A stretch of 63,594 nt of DNA, filler included, from Salisapilia sapeloensis CBS 127946 (taxonomy: Eukaryota > Protista > Oomycota), in NCBI GenBank assembly GCA_023334545.1. It is 4 parts of 4 records of this genome, joined end to end, with 100 filler letters (N's around TTAATTAATTAA, not from the genome) between each part and the next. Parts side by side here need not be neighbours in the genome. Positions count along the whole stretch, not along the records: positions 29,869 to 51,891 come from JAADVB010000279.1; 3 more parts are not named here. One strand, given 5' to 3'. Below the pieces are notes generated by a model. It worked only from the letters and a program-made list of their open reading frames with translations, was not told the origin of the DNA and did no database searches. Both the position numbers and the translations under genes were made by a program. Shown in pieces: positions 40,549-51,991 of the stretch. The first letter of the stretch is position 1. Each line of letters begins with the position of its first letter.

Positions 40549-41533
40549 TTAGATGGTGTCACCGTAGACGAGCACAGGATTGGGCTTCATGTAGTGCTTT
40601 GCAAAAGACTGTCCATCAGCTGTCGGCTGAGCAAATGCCAACGCGGTCTTTGGCAAGTGCATCCCGTAGGCATAGTGCTTTCGAATGCAGTCTACTAGTC
40701 GACTCGCGATGCTTTTTCGACGAAAGGATGGATGAACCCAGAGTTGGTTTATACCGATGACAGCTCGAACCTTTTTCACGGACATTTGCACACGACTGCT
40801 CGAAGTGTCATCAAGCACGTGTGCTTCTTGAATGCTTTCAACCGTGCAGCAACCGACTAGTTGGGATTTACAAATGTAGAGAAAGTATCGCCGATTCTTG
40901 AGAACGTCTGTGTCGTCGGAAGCGCCAAAGACGTCGTCCAAGTGAACTTGTATTTCATGTAGCTTTTTCACATGTGCAGGGGCGTCACTGCTCTTGATTT
41001 CAATGATACGAGCTAGATATACACAGTCGTAAGAAGGTGAATCGTCTGCCGAAAGAGTGATTGGCACGAGTTCGTACCTTTTGTCTCCATAAAGCTCTCT
41101 AGACGCCGTTCTGTTTTCCATTTTGGTATCGATATACCGCGTAAAGCCAATCTGCATTGACTCTGATGCTCCTTTTCATCCTCCTATCGACAGAAAAGTG
41201 CGTTTATGAGCATTTTGAGCTTCGACATTCGAATAATGATTGTATATGGGATACCTCGACTCCGTTCGTGTACAGCATGCCACAGTTGGGGCATATCGTG
41301 CTCTTTCCAAAGCTCTTCTGCCCAAGATCAATGTAGCTCTGCTTCTTCTCTACTTTCCTTGCGTTCGTTCGAATTGCCGTGACTGTAGCTCTGGATTTCA
41401 GGGGAAACGCCAAAGTTGCTTGACCAGACTTTCCACCTTCCAAGCTTTTCCTCCTACGTTTAGTCTTTTGTGCATGCTCACTGTCGAGAGAAGTGCGCTT
41501 TCGACGGCCCATTAAGGCTTCATTGACGTCCAT
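40549..41533 (-). CDS. ESCO2: Eco1/ESCO sister-chromatid cohesion N-acetyltransferase, 3 exons
   Basis: Exons 41533-41273, 41183-41078 and 41012-40549. PIP-like QSYIDLGQK, zinc finger CPNCGMLY..D..EH...C, and GNAT GINQLWVHPSFRRKSIASRLVD..AFAQPTADG. Confidence 0.88.
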
Positions 41534-42590
41534 CCTCTGTCGACACTTTGGCGCCAAATTCTGCTCCAGATGAGGTCGTCTGTATATGAGGTTGCGCGAA
41601 AGTAAAGAACTGCGATACTCGATAGCATGGACAAATTCACCTGTGGAATTAATATGAATAGCAAGCAAGCAGTAATGTGGGTGCTGGAGTCCAGGAGACT
41701 GCCGTATCTACTGAGGTAAATTTTATGCGTCATCGCTGTGCTGCCCCTGCAATCTATACGTGCTGATATTTGATTATGATATGCTGCTCAAGTCTTTTAC
41801 AAGTAGCCACCCTGCCTATCGGTCCGAAGTTCCCAAATTTAAATCTTACCTCTCATCAGAAGTACTACCGCGAAAGTTGAGTGTAGAGCATACGAACCTC
41901 GCTCACGTAAATAAATTAATGCTGTGCTATGCTGATGCAACATCGAATATCAATGTTGCAATTATTTGATCTTTGTGATTGTCCGAGTTAGTTTACATTG
42001 TCATAACAATATCGTCTTCGAGATCAGCATCACCTTGGTGACTATGTTGGACGCAATGGTGTTGAGCACTACATCGCGTGGAATCAGTCCGATCGTTGGT
42101 GGTACCACCATTTCGCAATTTTTATTCTTACTATGTGATACACGGTGTGTGGTAGCGCAAGCTGGATGCTTGGCTTGAAGCTCACGTGACAAGATAAGCT
42201 AGATACTTCGCTGTAATTGTTTTTCTGAAAAAGAGTAATTCGACTTACAGAAGCTGTCGTAAGTAGACCACATATTCCCACCGATCGACACGTTGATCAA
42301 GATTCTTCGTTGGATTGAGGCAGTTTATGAACTCGTTTTGATCGAATTAAAAAAATAAAGCCGAGTCCAAGTGGCACATGAGCCTTTTGTGAGGTCAGAG
42401 ACACTGATCAAATCATAATTATCTACGCCCCTTTCCGATACACAACATTATAAACACAAGAGCATGCTGTGATTATCAGCTTGTACTGTATTCTTTACTA
42501 TCAACTTAAATCATCCTGGTAAGAAGTGCTCATGGATATAGCACGGCACATTCGTGTCCTCACTGGCCTCTAAACTGCTACGTCATGGAA

Positions 42591-44024
42591 CTACTGGAGG
42601 TCTGCAAACCGGTCAAGGGTCTGCCAAAACTTTGACTCCATAAGCACTGGCTCCATCGTAGACGTAGTCGAAAGGTTCATGCCCACAATACTACTTTCTA
42701 GTGGCTGGCGCGTATTTGACAATCTGTCTTGAGTAATTGGCGTCGTAGCAGTAATCTTTGCGGCCTTAGATGCAACGAAGGACTTAGTGGACGCTACACT
42801 CTCTACTTTTCGCTTCTGAGGACCCTGCTGCTTCCAGCGATTGTACATTTCATAGTCGTTCTTGCCGGTTTCTTGTATAATCTGCTCACTCATTTCTTCC
42901 ACGTCTAAGTCTTCTTCTCTTGCTTCCAATTCTCCTTCATGTGACTGTCGTTGCACCTCTTCATCTGTTACGTCCGGATGCTTTGAAACTGTAGTCGACG
43001 CATCTTCTTCGTTTGTCTTTTTCGTAGGCTGCGAAGCTTTCGTTTGATCGTCCGACCGTGACGAAGTGGCCGCTGGTGACTCGGTAATCGTAGGTGCAGC
43101 GTCAGCTGCATTCACCGGCGTGGTTGCGTCTGTTCGTGCAGAGAAAGAGACTTCCTGAGGCGTAGGACTCTTCACTGTTATCGACACTGGTGGTCTTGCT
43201 AACGTTGAACCGGTCTTTTCCTTCGAGGGAGACGACGTGGTCGCTGCTCTTTTGTACTTGCTTCCAACTGTTCCTCGCAGCCAAGATGCATACTTCCTGC
43301 TCTTGTCCGACACCTGGATGGGAGGCTTACTCTTAGGAGACTTTTCTGCACTCCACGACCGCATAATGTTCTTATTTGAAACGGACTTGGGCTCTGATGG
43401 ACGAACTGATGGCTTGGACGCTATTTGTGTAGTTGTCGTAGGTTCCACTGGTGAAGGTTTCGACTTCTCGCCTGTCACTGTGAAGTTTGTAGACGACACA
43501 GAGTCAGGAGGAAATAAATTCGAAGTCTTCGGCGCAGCAGCAGACGCCAAAGCAGGAGATGGACTAGAAGCTTTAGACTGCTGAGCTTTCTCTGCACTTG
43601 CTTGTGAGCTGTTGGAGGTAGATTTAAAGGGAGATTGAGTGGCTTGTTGTGACCAATTGGAAGAACTTCCGGACTGCGAGGAACGCTGCTTGTGACTCAT
43701 ATTAAGTTCCGACTGGACTGTGTCTTGAGTGGTGTCTACTGGCATGGAAGTTGCTTTCGCTGTTTGCTCGCCCATTATCGTCGATACATCGACAAAGCTC
43801 GAAGGAGCACTCGTGGGCTGCATTGTACAGGTCGAGGCAGGTGCAGAGCGAGATGAAGTCGTCTCTTGTGGTAGTTGGTCTGTCGTACCTAGTGCTTCTC
43901 TTTGGAAAAGTGCAGGCTTTTTTGCCGGTGCAGGGGTAAATGATGAAACGGAATTTGAAGCAGAGTCCGGACGTGGACGCGCTCGTGACTCTTGTCGTCG
44001 CAGCCATTTGAGGTACGCGCTCAT
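42591..44024 (-). CDS. Hypothetical S/T/P/K-rich intrinsically disordered protein (477 aa)
   Basis: Long ATG-initiated ORF with low-complexity composition, head-to-head with the JHY-like gene. I recognised no domain. Confidence 0.75.
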   Translation of the reverse strand: MSAYLKWLRRQESRARPRPDSASNSVSSFTPAPAKKPALFQREALGTTDQLPQETTSSRSAPASTCTMQPTSAPSSFVDVSTIMGEQTAKATSMPVDTTQDTVQSELNMSHKQRSSQSGSSSNWSQQATQSPFKSTSNSSQASAEKAQQSKASSPSPALASAAAPKTSNLFPPDSVSSTNFTVTGEKSKPSPVEPTTTTQIASKPSVRPSEPKSVSNKNIMRSWSAEKSPKSKPPIQVSDKSRKYASWLRGTVGSKYKRAATTSSPSKEKTGSTLARPPVSITVKSPTPQEVSFSARTDATTPVNAADAAPTITESPAATSSRSDDQTKASQPTKKTNEEDASTTVSKHPDVTDEEVQRQSHEGELEAREEDLDVEEMSEQIIQETGKNDYEMYNRWKQQGPQKRKVESVASTKSFVASKAAKITATTPITQDRLSNTRQPLESSIVGMNLSTTSTMEPVLMESKFWQTLDRFADLQ

Positions 44025-44219
44025 CCTTCCGCTCGAAATTCAAATGGAGGCTTCGAGGGCATTTTGACTTTTTGTAAATAGAATATAGTAGAAATGTTTA
44101 TACTGCACTATTTTATCAGAATAATAAAAAGTAAAAGTTTGCTTTATTCATGTTTATAACACAGACGGTTGATGTGAAAGATACCAACGACTGCTTTGGC
44201 TATATTTAGATTGCTCAGC

Positions 44220-45389
44220 ATGCGAAAAAGCACTGCTGGCTTTGTGTGCATGAGTTTCCGTGATCGATTTCAGCATAAGCTTCACGCGGTCAATCCTCCG
44301 CACTTGCAAACGGATTTCGTAGGCAGCAATGTCATACGGACAGGACCGCCTAATACCCGCTTATATCCGACAAAACTGATTCGGAAGACTTGCAACACCC
44401 AGCATATAGTACAGGCGTCCCATGTCGGAAACCAAACGCAGCGATCGCCATTGCGCAGTACAGATGCAAAAGCTTTACATCGTCCCGGCACAAAGCAAGT
44501 CATTGAGCATCAACCCAGCATTCAAAATCAACCTGATGAAAGTGAAATGCACATTCCAGGCCAATTAGTTGACGAAGAAAAGCTTGAGTCAGACGTGCAG
44601 CCAGAAAAGTATAAGACCCACCTCCAAGTGTATCCGTCTAGAGCCGATCGTATCTTAAAGTCTCGAGATGGAAATAGTGTAAAAAATCCCACTAAAGAGC
44701 CTAAGCGCCTGCAGCAAGTACAATCTCCCTCAAAGAGTGACAACAATCGAAAAAAGTCGAGTGCTTCCTCGCGACCATCTAGTGGTGTGCATGAGAAGAC
44801 CCAAGATCCGGAAAACATGCTGGCTTATAGCAAGCGAGCACGTCCAGTGCAATACGAGCCATGCAAGTTATCTCAATATCGAAAAGAAAAGTCTGAAGGT
44901 TACTACGAGTTAGGAAAGTTGCAACCAGATTTGAACTCGGAGGAGCTGCAGCAAAAGAGAGCTCAGGCAGACAAGATGAAATCCTTTGCGAAAAGTTTGC
45001 AAGTAGCTAACCGCAAGAAGGCATTTAAAAAGAAGGCAACTGGTACTGGTAATCGAACACTGTCAGCAGCAGAACCACTGGACGCTCGATCACGAGCACT
45101 CGCCTTTGCTAAGCACATTCCGAAACCTCGGCTCGTGAAACAGTCTGTTGTAAAAGATTTGGAAGAGGAATTATTGAAGACTAGCATGAATGGAGAAAAG
45201 GCCGAGGAGGAGCCAGTCATCGAGTTGGATAAGCACATGGATGAAACAAAAGATTTTCAAAATGCTACAAAAGACTTGGATGACTTGGAGGAGGAAGAGG
45301 ACGAGATCTGCGCTGAGCTAGAGCAGCTGCAGCTGCTGCACGAAGCGTCTAAGGCACGTGTCTATGCATTTACTTCTCAGAAACATTAA
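44220..45389 (+). CDS. JHY: JHY-like ciliary protein
   Basis: YEPCKLSQY..YYELGKLQPDL..KRAQADKMKSFAK, SRALAFAKHIPKP and C-terminal LEQLQLLHEASKARV match the conserved JHY blocks as I recall them. The start codon is uncertain. Confidence 0.62.
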   Translation: MRKSTAGFVCMSFRDRFQHKLHAVNPPHLQTDFVGSNVIRTGPPNTRLYPTKLIRKTCNTQHIVQASHVGNQTQRSPLRSTDAKALHRPGTKQVIEHQPSIQNQPDESEMHIPGQLVDEEKLESDVQPEKYKTHLQVYPSRADRILKSRDGNSVKNPTKEPKRLQQVQSPSKSDNNRKKSSASSRPSSGVHEKTQDPENMLAYSKRARPVQYEPCKLSQYRKEKSEGYYELGKLQPDLNSEELQQKRAQADKMKSFAKSLQVANRKKAFKKKATGTGNRTLSAAEPLDARSRALAFAKHIPKPRLVKQSVVKDLEEELLKTSMNGEKAEEEPVIELDKHMDETKDFQNATKDLDDLEEEEDEICAELEQLQLLHEASKARVYAFTSQKH

Positions 45390-45440
45390 GAGGATGCAAA
45401 AAGATTATATTGGTATGCACTGGTTCCTATGTTCATCTCT

Positions 45441-46064
45441 CTATCCCCAAGCTTGCGTTAAGCTGTAATTTAAAATGAGCACTTCATTCACATGAAAGCT
45501 CTAAGGTCATAGTAGGCAGACATTTTAGTCACAGAGCTATACGATTTCTTTTGTCCACAACGAACATACCTCGTACAAAGAGCTCAGCTTCTGATCGGGC
45601 GACGGTGCAAACGAGCTATTGCAGTACACAAACTATCACAAAGTAGGTATTGGCATCCTGGAAATGTCCATCAATACAAAAGATCAGGTACCAGCGAGTC
45701 GTTGTCTTTTAATCGCAGCTGCTTCTTCAAGAATTTGTACACCTTTCAACATAATGGAGCTTCAGCATCTTCATTCACCACTGTCCTACGGTTAAATGTG
45801 CCGACGTACCACACTTAGTGGATCCTGTCCGTTCACAGTGAATTTGGTGCGCTTCATGAGGGAAGCATTGCCCACAGCCATAAACTGCACTGTCACTGGA
45901 GGTAGATTTAAATTAAAAATCTGGGTTTTGTCGAGCCCGACCTTGCTAGAACGCAAGGTTCGCAATCAAGTACCTTTGTCTGGTCCACGCGGCCGTTCAG
46001 GGTTGGCCGGTGGTGGTGTGGCATCACCTGAAGCCTTCAGATCGACGCTTTGATCCAAGTTCAT
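45441..46064 (-). CDS. ATG12: Ubiquitin-like autophagy protein ATG12, 5 exons (116 aa)
   Basis: Exons 46064-45974, 45895-45810, 45742-45692, 45632-45570 and 45500-45441. They translate to ..KVTVQFMAVGNASLMKRTKFTVNGQDPLSVVYKFLKKQLRLKDNDSLFVYCNSSFAPSPDQKLSSLYESFHVNEVLILNYSLTQAWG*, ending in the conjugating Gly. Confidence 0.93.
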
Positions 46065-47260
46065 AGCTTCTCGTGATTTGTTGTCAAGTACATTGTCATC
46101 GTGTTCGTAACAGCTAGACTTGAAATAGATTGATAACGTCCGTGTCAGACCTCGCCTCCATATCCCTTCCACTTGCAACCGCACTAGACTTGATAGATCA
46201 ATGAGAAGTGCACATGTACGCGTTTAGTTTCAGCTTTTTGAACTGCTTGTTTATAAATGTCGCAAAGATGTCTTTCTTGCTAGAAGCGTGTTTAGTGACC
46301 CTACAGCTTACGTGCTTCACGCTAGACTTTCGATCCGCTACACGGTCGCATTAATCTTCAGTTTACGATGACATTTAAGATTGACAGGGCAATCTTCTTG
46401 TTGGGATTGTGTTTTATAACGACGCATGAACTGCTTTCGATCCTGACGCTAGACTGCATCATTTTTCAGTTGGAACTAGGGAAACGGTCTACTTCATCTC
46501 TGCTTGATCGAAGGGTCTGACTAAATGAATATTATTAGCTGTCCAAGCTACTTGAAAGAAACAGACAACACCCCACGAACAGGAGAGGGCCGAGCGAAGT
46601 AGTGAAGTGAACGGACTCAAGTATCCCAATGGGCCATACCGATACTACAGACTGCATCGTTCGACAGAAACGGTAGACATACAGTTGTTGCTTCAGGCAT
46701 CAATAGGACGCCCGGAAACTTTCCAAGCCACACTTACATGAGCAACTATCTGGCTTAACGCATGCATGAAAAAATAGAAGTACAAAAATTGGTGGAATAT
46801 GGATACCGTCATAAAGGCATTTGGGCGGTTACACAGCAGCTCACCTTGCTCCTGAATAGATCCTTGGCACCAAGTTGAAGAATTGAACAGGTGACTGGAC
46901 TAGTCTTCAGAAACTGTAAGATGTCACATATAAAGCAGGAGATTCATGGAAGTCTTCCGTGAAGGTTTCCATGTCTGGAATACACGTTTATTCCTTCATG
47001 AAGCAGGTATAGAGTAAGCCAGACTATCATCTTTCAGCGACGTTCCGACCTTCATACTCCGACGCTTCGTATGCACGACACTGTCCTGCGATTTACTATA
47101 GTCCGGTGTCCCTTCAGACGGACGCTTGCTATCCGTCCACTCTTTCCACCAAAGATGTAGATGTCAAAGATTTAGGCTCTTTCAAGTCCGTAAAATCCTT
47201 CGATGTACGTACACTCCGGTAACTGAAGTCAGCTTCATCGATCCTTAATTCCTGATTTTT

Positions 47261-47276
47261 CCTCATTTACACATTT
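47261..47276 (+). promoter_or_regulatory. INR/FPR-like core promoter of the expansin-like gene
   Basis: CCTCATTTACACATTT is a near match to GCTCATTYBNNNWTTY, 48 nt before the ATG at 47324. Confidence 0.5.
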
Positions 47277-47323
47277 TCCACTGCCTGAGAACACCTACAT
47301 CCAACTTGAAGGCTATAAGATCA

Positions 47324-49510
47324 ATGAAGACACATTTTCTACTCACTGCAGCTCTGACTCTAGTAGAGGCTGAAAGACGGTATCAAGGCGATGGAACTGC
47401 CTACGAACTCGGCCAAATAAGTGGAGGCAACTGCAATTTTATGGATGCGATGAGTCGATCGCGCATAAGGTATGTGGCCATGAACAATGATCAATGGGAT
47501 AATGGCAAAGCTTGCGGTCGTTGTGTCGAAGTTCGGTGTATTGACGATGAATGTGCCGATAATGAGAACACCATGACGCTGCAAGTACTCGATCGTTGTC
47601 CAGAATGTATAAAAGGCGCTTTGGACATCTCAGAGCCATCCTTCACAGAGCTCACTGGATCGCACCCAAGCCGTCTAACCATGGACTGGAAATTTGTCGA
47701 CTGCCCAATGGATGAAGACAAGATTAAGTACTGCACAAAGAGCGGAAGTAACCCGTATTGGCTCGCCATCCAACCCACAAGCGCTATTGTTGGTGTCAAG
47801 AGTATGAAAATAAACGGTCAGCCGGCAGAGATGCTCACGTCTGCGTACTACTACCTATACGACGGAGAGAGTGAGAAAACGCTAGATCTCTCTGCAATTA
47901 CGATCACCTTGACTTCGGTGACGGGGGAAGTTGTCGAAGAGACTGTACCGTTAACGACGGGCAAGTGCACACAGGGGTCCAAGCAGTTTCAGCAAGGCAT
48001 TGGGGGAGGCCAGGAACCAAGGGACATATCGGTCAGTGATGAGGGAACAAAGCGCGAGACCCAGTATGGTGAAGCCGAGGTGACCAAAGTTGAGCCCGAA
48101 GCGGTACCTTCAACGACAACATCCCTACCTGAGACTCCGTATCCGACAGCAACACCTCCACCGAAAACACCCAAACCAACGACGTTACCACCACCAAAAT
48201 CTTCGTACCAAATGATCACATCTCCATCAGAAAAGCCTGAGCCGACGACAACATTCCCTCCTGAGACTCCATATCCGATAACAAATCCTCCTCCTGAGGC
48301 ATCCAAACCAAAGGCGTCTTCTCTGCCAAAGACTCCTTATCACAATACTACAGTTCCATCAGAAACGCCTGAGTCGACGACAGCATCCCCTCCTGAGACT
48401 CCTTATCTGACAACAACGCTTCTGCCCCAAGCACCCGAATCTACGACGTTCTCTCCATCAGAAGCTCCTGAGTCAACGACAGCATTCACTCATGAGACTC
48501 CATATTCGACAATAGAAACCCCTTCTCAGGCCTCAAATCCAAAGACGTCGGCCCCATCAGAGACGCCGGGATCAACGGCAACAGATCTTCCTCAATTTAT
48601 GTCTCCTTCAAAAACTCTTTATGGAACAAAGACAACTTCTCCAGAAACTATCTCTCCAGCAATGCTTTCGCCAGAGAGTCCCGAACCAACGATCACAAAC
48701 CCTCCTGAGACTCTGTATCCTGCAAAAGCACTCACTTTTGAGTCTTCGACTTCGTCTTCATCTCTGTCGACAACGGTATCAGCTTCCAACGTTGGTTCTG
48801 ATGACTACGATTACGATATTACGTTGCCTGAACTGTCAACAACAGAGTCATCGTCAAGCTCTAGCTTTGAGCCAACGTCGGTCGAGGAGACAATTAAATT
48901 AGATTCATCCACGACCACAGTAACTACAGATGAGGTATATGTTTTCGAGACAGCAAAATTTTCAGTCGATGGGAGCGACTATGAAAATCTCGTTGAAGTC
49001 GGTGATATCGGTGAGCACGGTGTGCCATTGATCGAAGACACGCCTGAAGTCTACATTGATTCGGAATTTGACCATAGTGATGAAAACTCAAGATCAGCTC
49101 TGAAGTTTCAAGGCACATCAAGTTCATCAGAGGTGGTTTATTCTGTACCCGATTCGAACAGCCAGGACCAATCGAATAATGCGAATGAAGATCCGGTATC
49201 TAGCACGACACCTACCGCAATGAGCGCCCATCGTGGTAGTGATCTCACTGGTACAGCTGAAAAGTATGTTGATGATGATGCATCAGAAGAAGCAGTATAT
49301 GCAAATACAAAAAGCGAAGGCGGTAAAGCAGGGATCGTTTCTGCAGTCGTAATAGTCGCTGCAGTAGTCATTATGGTCACGATCGTCGCATTCGTCATGA
49401 CTGCACTGGGCAAGAAGAAAAAGATGGACGAGAAGAGAAGGGATTACATAGATGAAGTAGCTGCAACACCAGCAAAGCGCGAAGGTATTGTAGCAAGCGT
49501 ATCATACTAA
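47324..49510 (+). CDS. Expansin-like protein (DPBB + CBM63) with mucin stalk and C-terminal TM anchor
   Basis: Signal peptide; GDGTAY..GGNC, YVAMNNDQW..G.ACGRCVEV, VLDRCPEC..GALDIS, WKFVDCP, YWLAIQP; T/P/S/E stalk; TM GIVSAVVIVAAVVIMVTIVAFV followed by KKKK. Confidence 0.9.
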   Translation: MKTHFLLTAALTLVEAERRYQGDGTAYELGQISGGNCNFMDAMSRSRIRYVAMNNDQWDNGKACGRCVEVRCIDDECADNENTMTLQVLDRCPECIKGALDISEPSFTELTGSHPSRLTMDWKFVDCPMDEDKIKYCTKSGSNPYWLAIQPTSAIVGVKSMKINGQPAEMLTSAYYYLYDGESEKTLDLSAITITLTSVTGEVVEETVPLTTGKCTQGSKQFQQGIGGGQEPRDISVSDEGTKRETQYGEAEVTKVEPEAVPSTTTSLPETPYPTATPPPKTPKPTTLPPPKSSYQMITSPSEKPEPTTTFPPETPYPITNPPPEASKPKASSLPKTPYHNTTVPSETPESTTASPPETPYLTTTLLPQAPESTTFSPSEAPESTTAFTHETPYSTIETPSQASNPKTSAPSETPGSTATDLPQFMSPSKTLYGTKTTSPETISPAMLSPESPEPTITNPPETLYPAKALTFESSTSSSSLSTTVSASNVGSDDYDYDITLPELSTTESSSSSSFEPTSVEETIKLDSSTTTVTTDEVYVFETAKFSVDGSDYENLVEVGDIGEHGVPLIEDTPEVYIDSEFDHSDENSRSALKFQGTSSSSEVVYSVPDSNSQDQSNNANEDPVSSTTPTAMSAHRGSDLTGTAEKYVDDDASEEAVYANTKSEGGKAGIVSAVVIVAAVVIMVTIVAFVMTALGKKKKMDEKRRDYIDEVAATPAKREGIVASVSY
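48113..48607 (+). repeat. 33-bp (11-aa) degenerate tandem repeat with a 132-bp higher-order period
   Basis: TT.S/FxxETPYx units start at 48113, 48245, 48377 (132 apart) and 48476 (99). Intervening units such as TATPPPKTPKP and NTTVPSETPES keep the 11-aa register. Confidence 0.85.
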
Positions 49511-51714
49511 AATATGAAATATGGCTTACATCTACATTATTATTGTCATAGGCTGTGTCGAAAAGGAATATACGTGCTAAGACTGCAAGCTATAAAGGAG
49601 TCATCTTGGTTCGCTTGATTTCAGTATAAGTATATTTTGAATTTGCCACGCAGTCTTGAATATTGAATATGATCGTTTACACGATAGAACTTGCATCTTT
49701 CATAGCTTCTTTCATGATGGACAAGACGGGCTTGTCTTTCATCTTTTAGTGATTGTTGGAAGGTTATTCAGGATCTGTCAGCTTTTATAAGCACATATTT
49801 TCTCTCTTTCTCTTCGATGTGATCGCGCTAGAGTGCATTTGAAAAGAGAAATGCTCAAATAGCTTATACACTTACGTTATTGGAAATGTCGATCATACAT
49901 TAGCATAGCTACCAACTACGCATCACATGACACAAAAGAAAGTTACGTCCCTATTCACTCTATAAACACTGGTACTCGCAGCGCGACTTCGAGAGTTAAT
50001 GTATAAACTTATTAAAAGCAGACTGCATGACAGCCTTCGTTGTCATTTTCACCGATCTATGCAAGCGGTATGTTGAAATACAGCTCATTATAATGAAAAT
50101 GATGCTTCAATCATTGGCGTCACGAAAAACTAAAATGTTTTAAAGTACAAATCTGCTGATTTGAAAACGATGACTTTTTGTTTAAAGACAAAAAGATTAC
50201 TATTTGCTAATGCTTATTAATGCTTGAGCGCGATTCTTCTTCTTCCTTCGCTTCAGACGCAACAATCAATGAAGTCGCGATGAATGGATAGCGGACGCCA
50301 ACAAAAGCTCCTAACGGAGTTCTCGTTGCTGACTATCGAGGTTTAGTAACAATCCCCATTTATGGAAGTTAGGACAGAAAGAGACGTAGATAGTTCGATT
50401 CACACCAAAAGCTCTTCACTCGTGAGTTTTGAAAATCTGGGAGAAATTGACAGTAAAAGCAAAGTCTTGTATGTTAAGGCGTTCATGTTGTGATGTTTGG
50501 GCGAGCAAGTTATAGCGTTTAAACCCCATTTCTTATGCTCGCCTAGTAAAGATACTCGAAGGGATCTAGTACTACGAACATCTAAAAATTTCAGTACTGG
50601 CAGCAACGGTAACACGGAAATTTATCGTGCGACACTCAATCCTCCCACAAGATGTGGGATTGGGGAAGTTTTGGTGAACGAGAGCTGTTCGATGGAATGA
50701 CGTAACGTATATAGCAACTAGACTTCCGTTCGCATGAAACAATCACATCAAATCAATTATAAAGTCGATCATCAATAAAAGATTGTATCGGAAATCTTGC
50801 CTTGCATGGAAACTTGCTCGACAAATTCGAATGACGACTTCGAGTAGTGTACCTAGTTATTGGACGCCACGCGGTGCTTGGCAGCACTTTGCGTTTAACT
50901 ACCCATGCCCTTTAATACCGTGCCTTTGGATAAACGGATAGCGTCTGGTTCGTGTTTACATGAGCAATTCGTTGTGACCATTGACTTGGCAGATTGTGAA
51001 TGCTGACGGCCATCCTTTTATATCAAAGTGTATCTTTTCTGTTCGGCACGCATGCTAGACTGCGCAAGTCATAGAGTTAAGGGTCAAGAAGTTTCCGAGA
51101 ACTCACGGAAAAAGCCCGACGATAGTGCTAGCACACGACGCGAGATGTACACCAACAAAGATCATCCCCTGGATGTCAAATCAACGTCGATTACGACCAA
51201 CGATTCTCACCCGCAACTCGCTGGTGAATGCACCGAGATGCGGAGAGGTGAGACCGACGAACGCAGCTTCATCTCACCCAATATACGCATGACTCTTACA
51301 ACGACATGTTGTGTGAACCCTCGTGTCAAGACGCAAGCAACTTTTCGTTTCTACTTTGATCATGCGATCAGGCAACAAGAACAAGTGGCACGCGCCACTT
51401 GGACCCACTGAAAAGTCCCCGTCGGACCATCCTGTTGGTGCTTACAGCAAAAGTGCCCTCTTTAGCTCGTGTCAGGATCGAGCGGTTTCCATAACGTCTA
51501 CGAACACGCTAACGAAGGTTCCTGGGCACGGCATTATGAACCCATTTCAGGCCGTCGTTCGATTGTCGAAATCGAAATTCTGTCAAGAACCAGATGAATC
51601 GATCCAGCGTAGCACTCGTGCTCACGATCAGAAGTAATTGGAGGACAAGTCAAGTGCTCATCCTTCCGCTCATTTCCCTTTTTTCATCCTCGGGTCAACA
51701 GTGCAATTGCAAAT

Positions 51715-51891
51715 ATGATCACACGTCAAGGAAGTTTAATGCTCATTGCGGCATCCTTGGCAGCAGTCAATGCAGAAACGTTTTCTGGAGATGGTACGGC
51801 TTACACGCTGGGCGCTCCGATGGACGGCAACTGTAACATGATGTACGCTCCAAAGGCTGCCTCGGCCAATTACGCTGCACTCAACAATGAG
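51715..51891 (+). CDS. Second expansin-like gene, N-terminus only (truncated by the gap)
   Basis: MITRQGSLMLIAASLAAVNA-ETFSGDGTAYTLGAPMDGNCNMM..YAALNNE is paralogous to the start of the gene at 47324. Confidence 0.85.
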
Positions 51892-51991
51892 NNNNNNNNN
51901 NNNNNNNNNNNNNNNNNNNNNNNNNNNNNNNNNNNTTAATTAATTAANNNNNNNNNNNNNNNNNNNNNNNNNNNNNNNNNNNNNNNNNNNN
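51892..51991. other. Assembly gap with TTAATTAATTAA linker (51936-51947)
   Basis: Directly visible. Confidence 0.98.
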
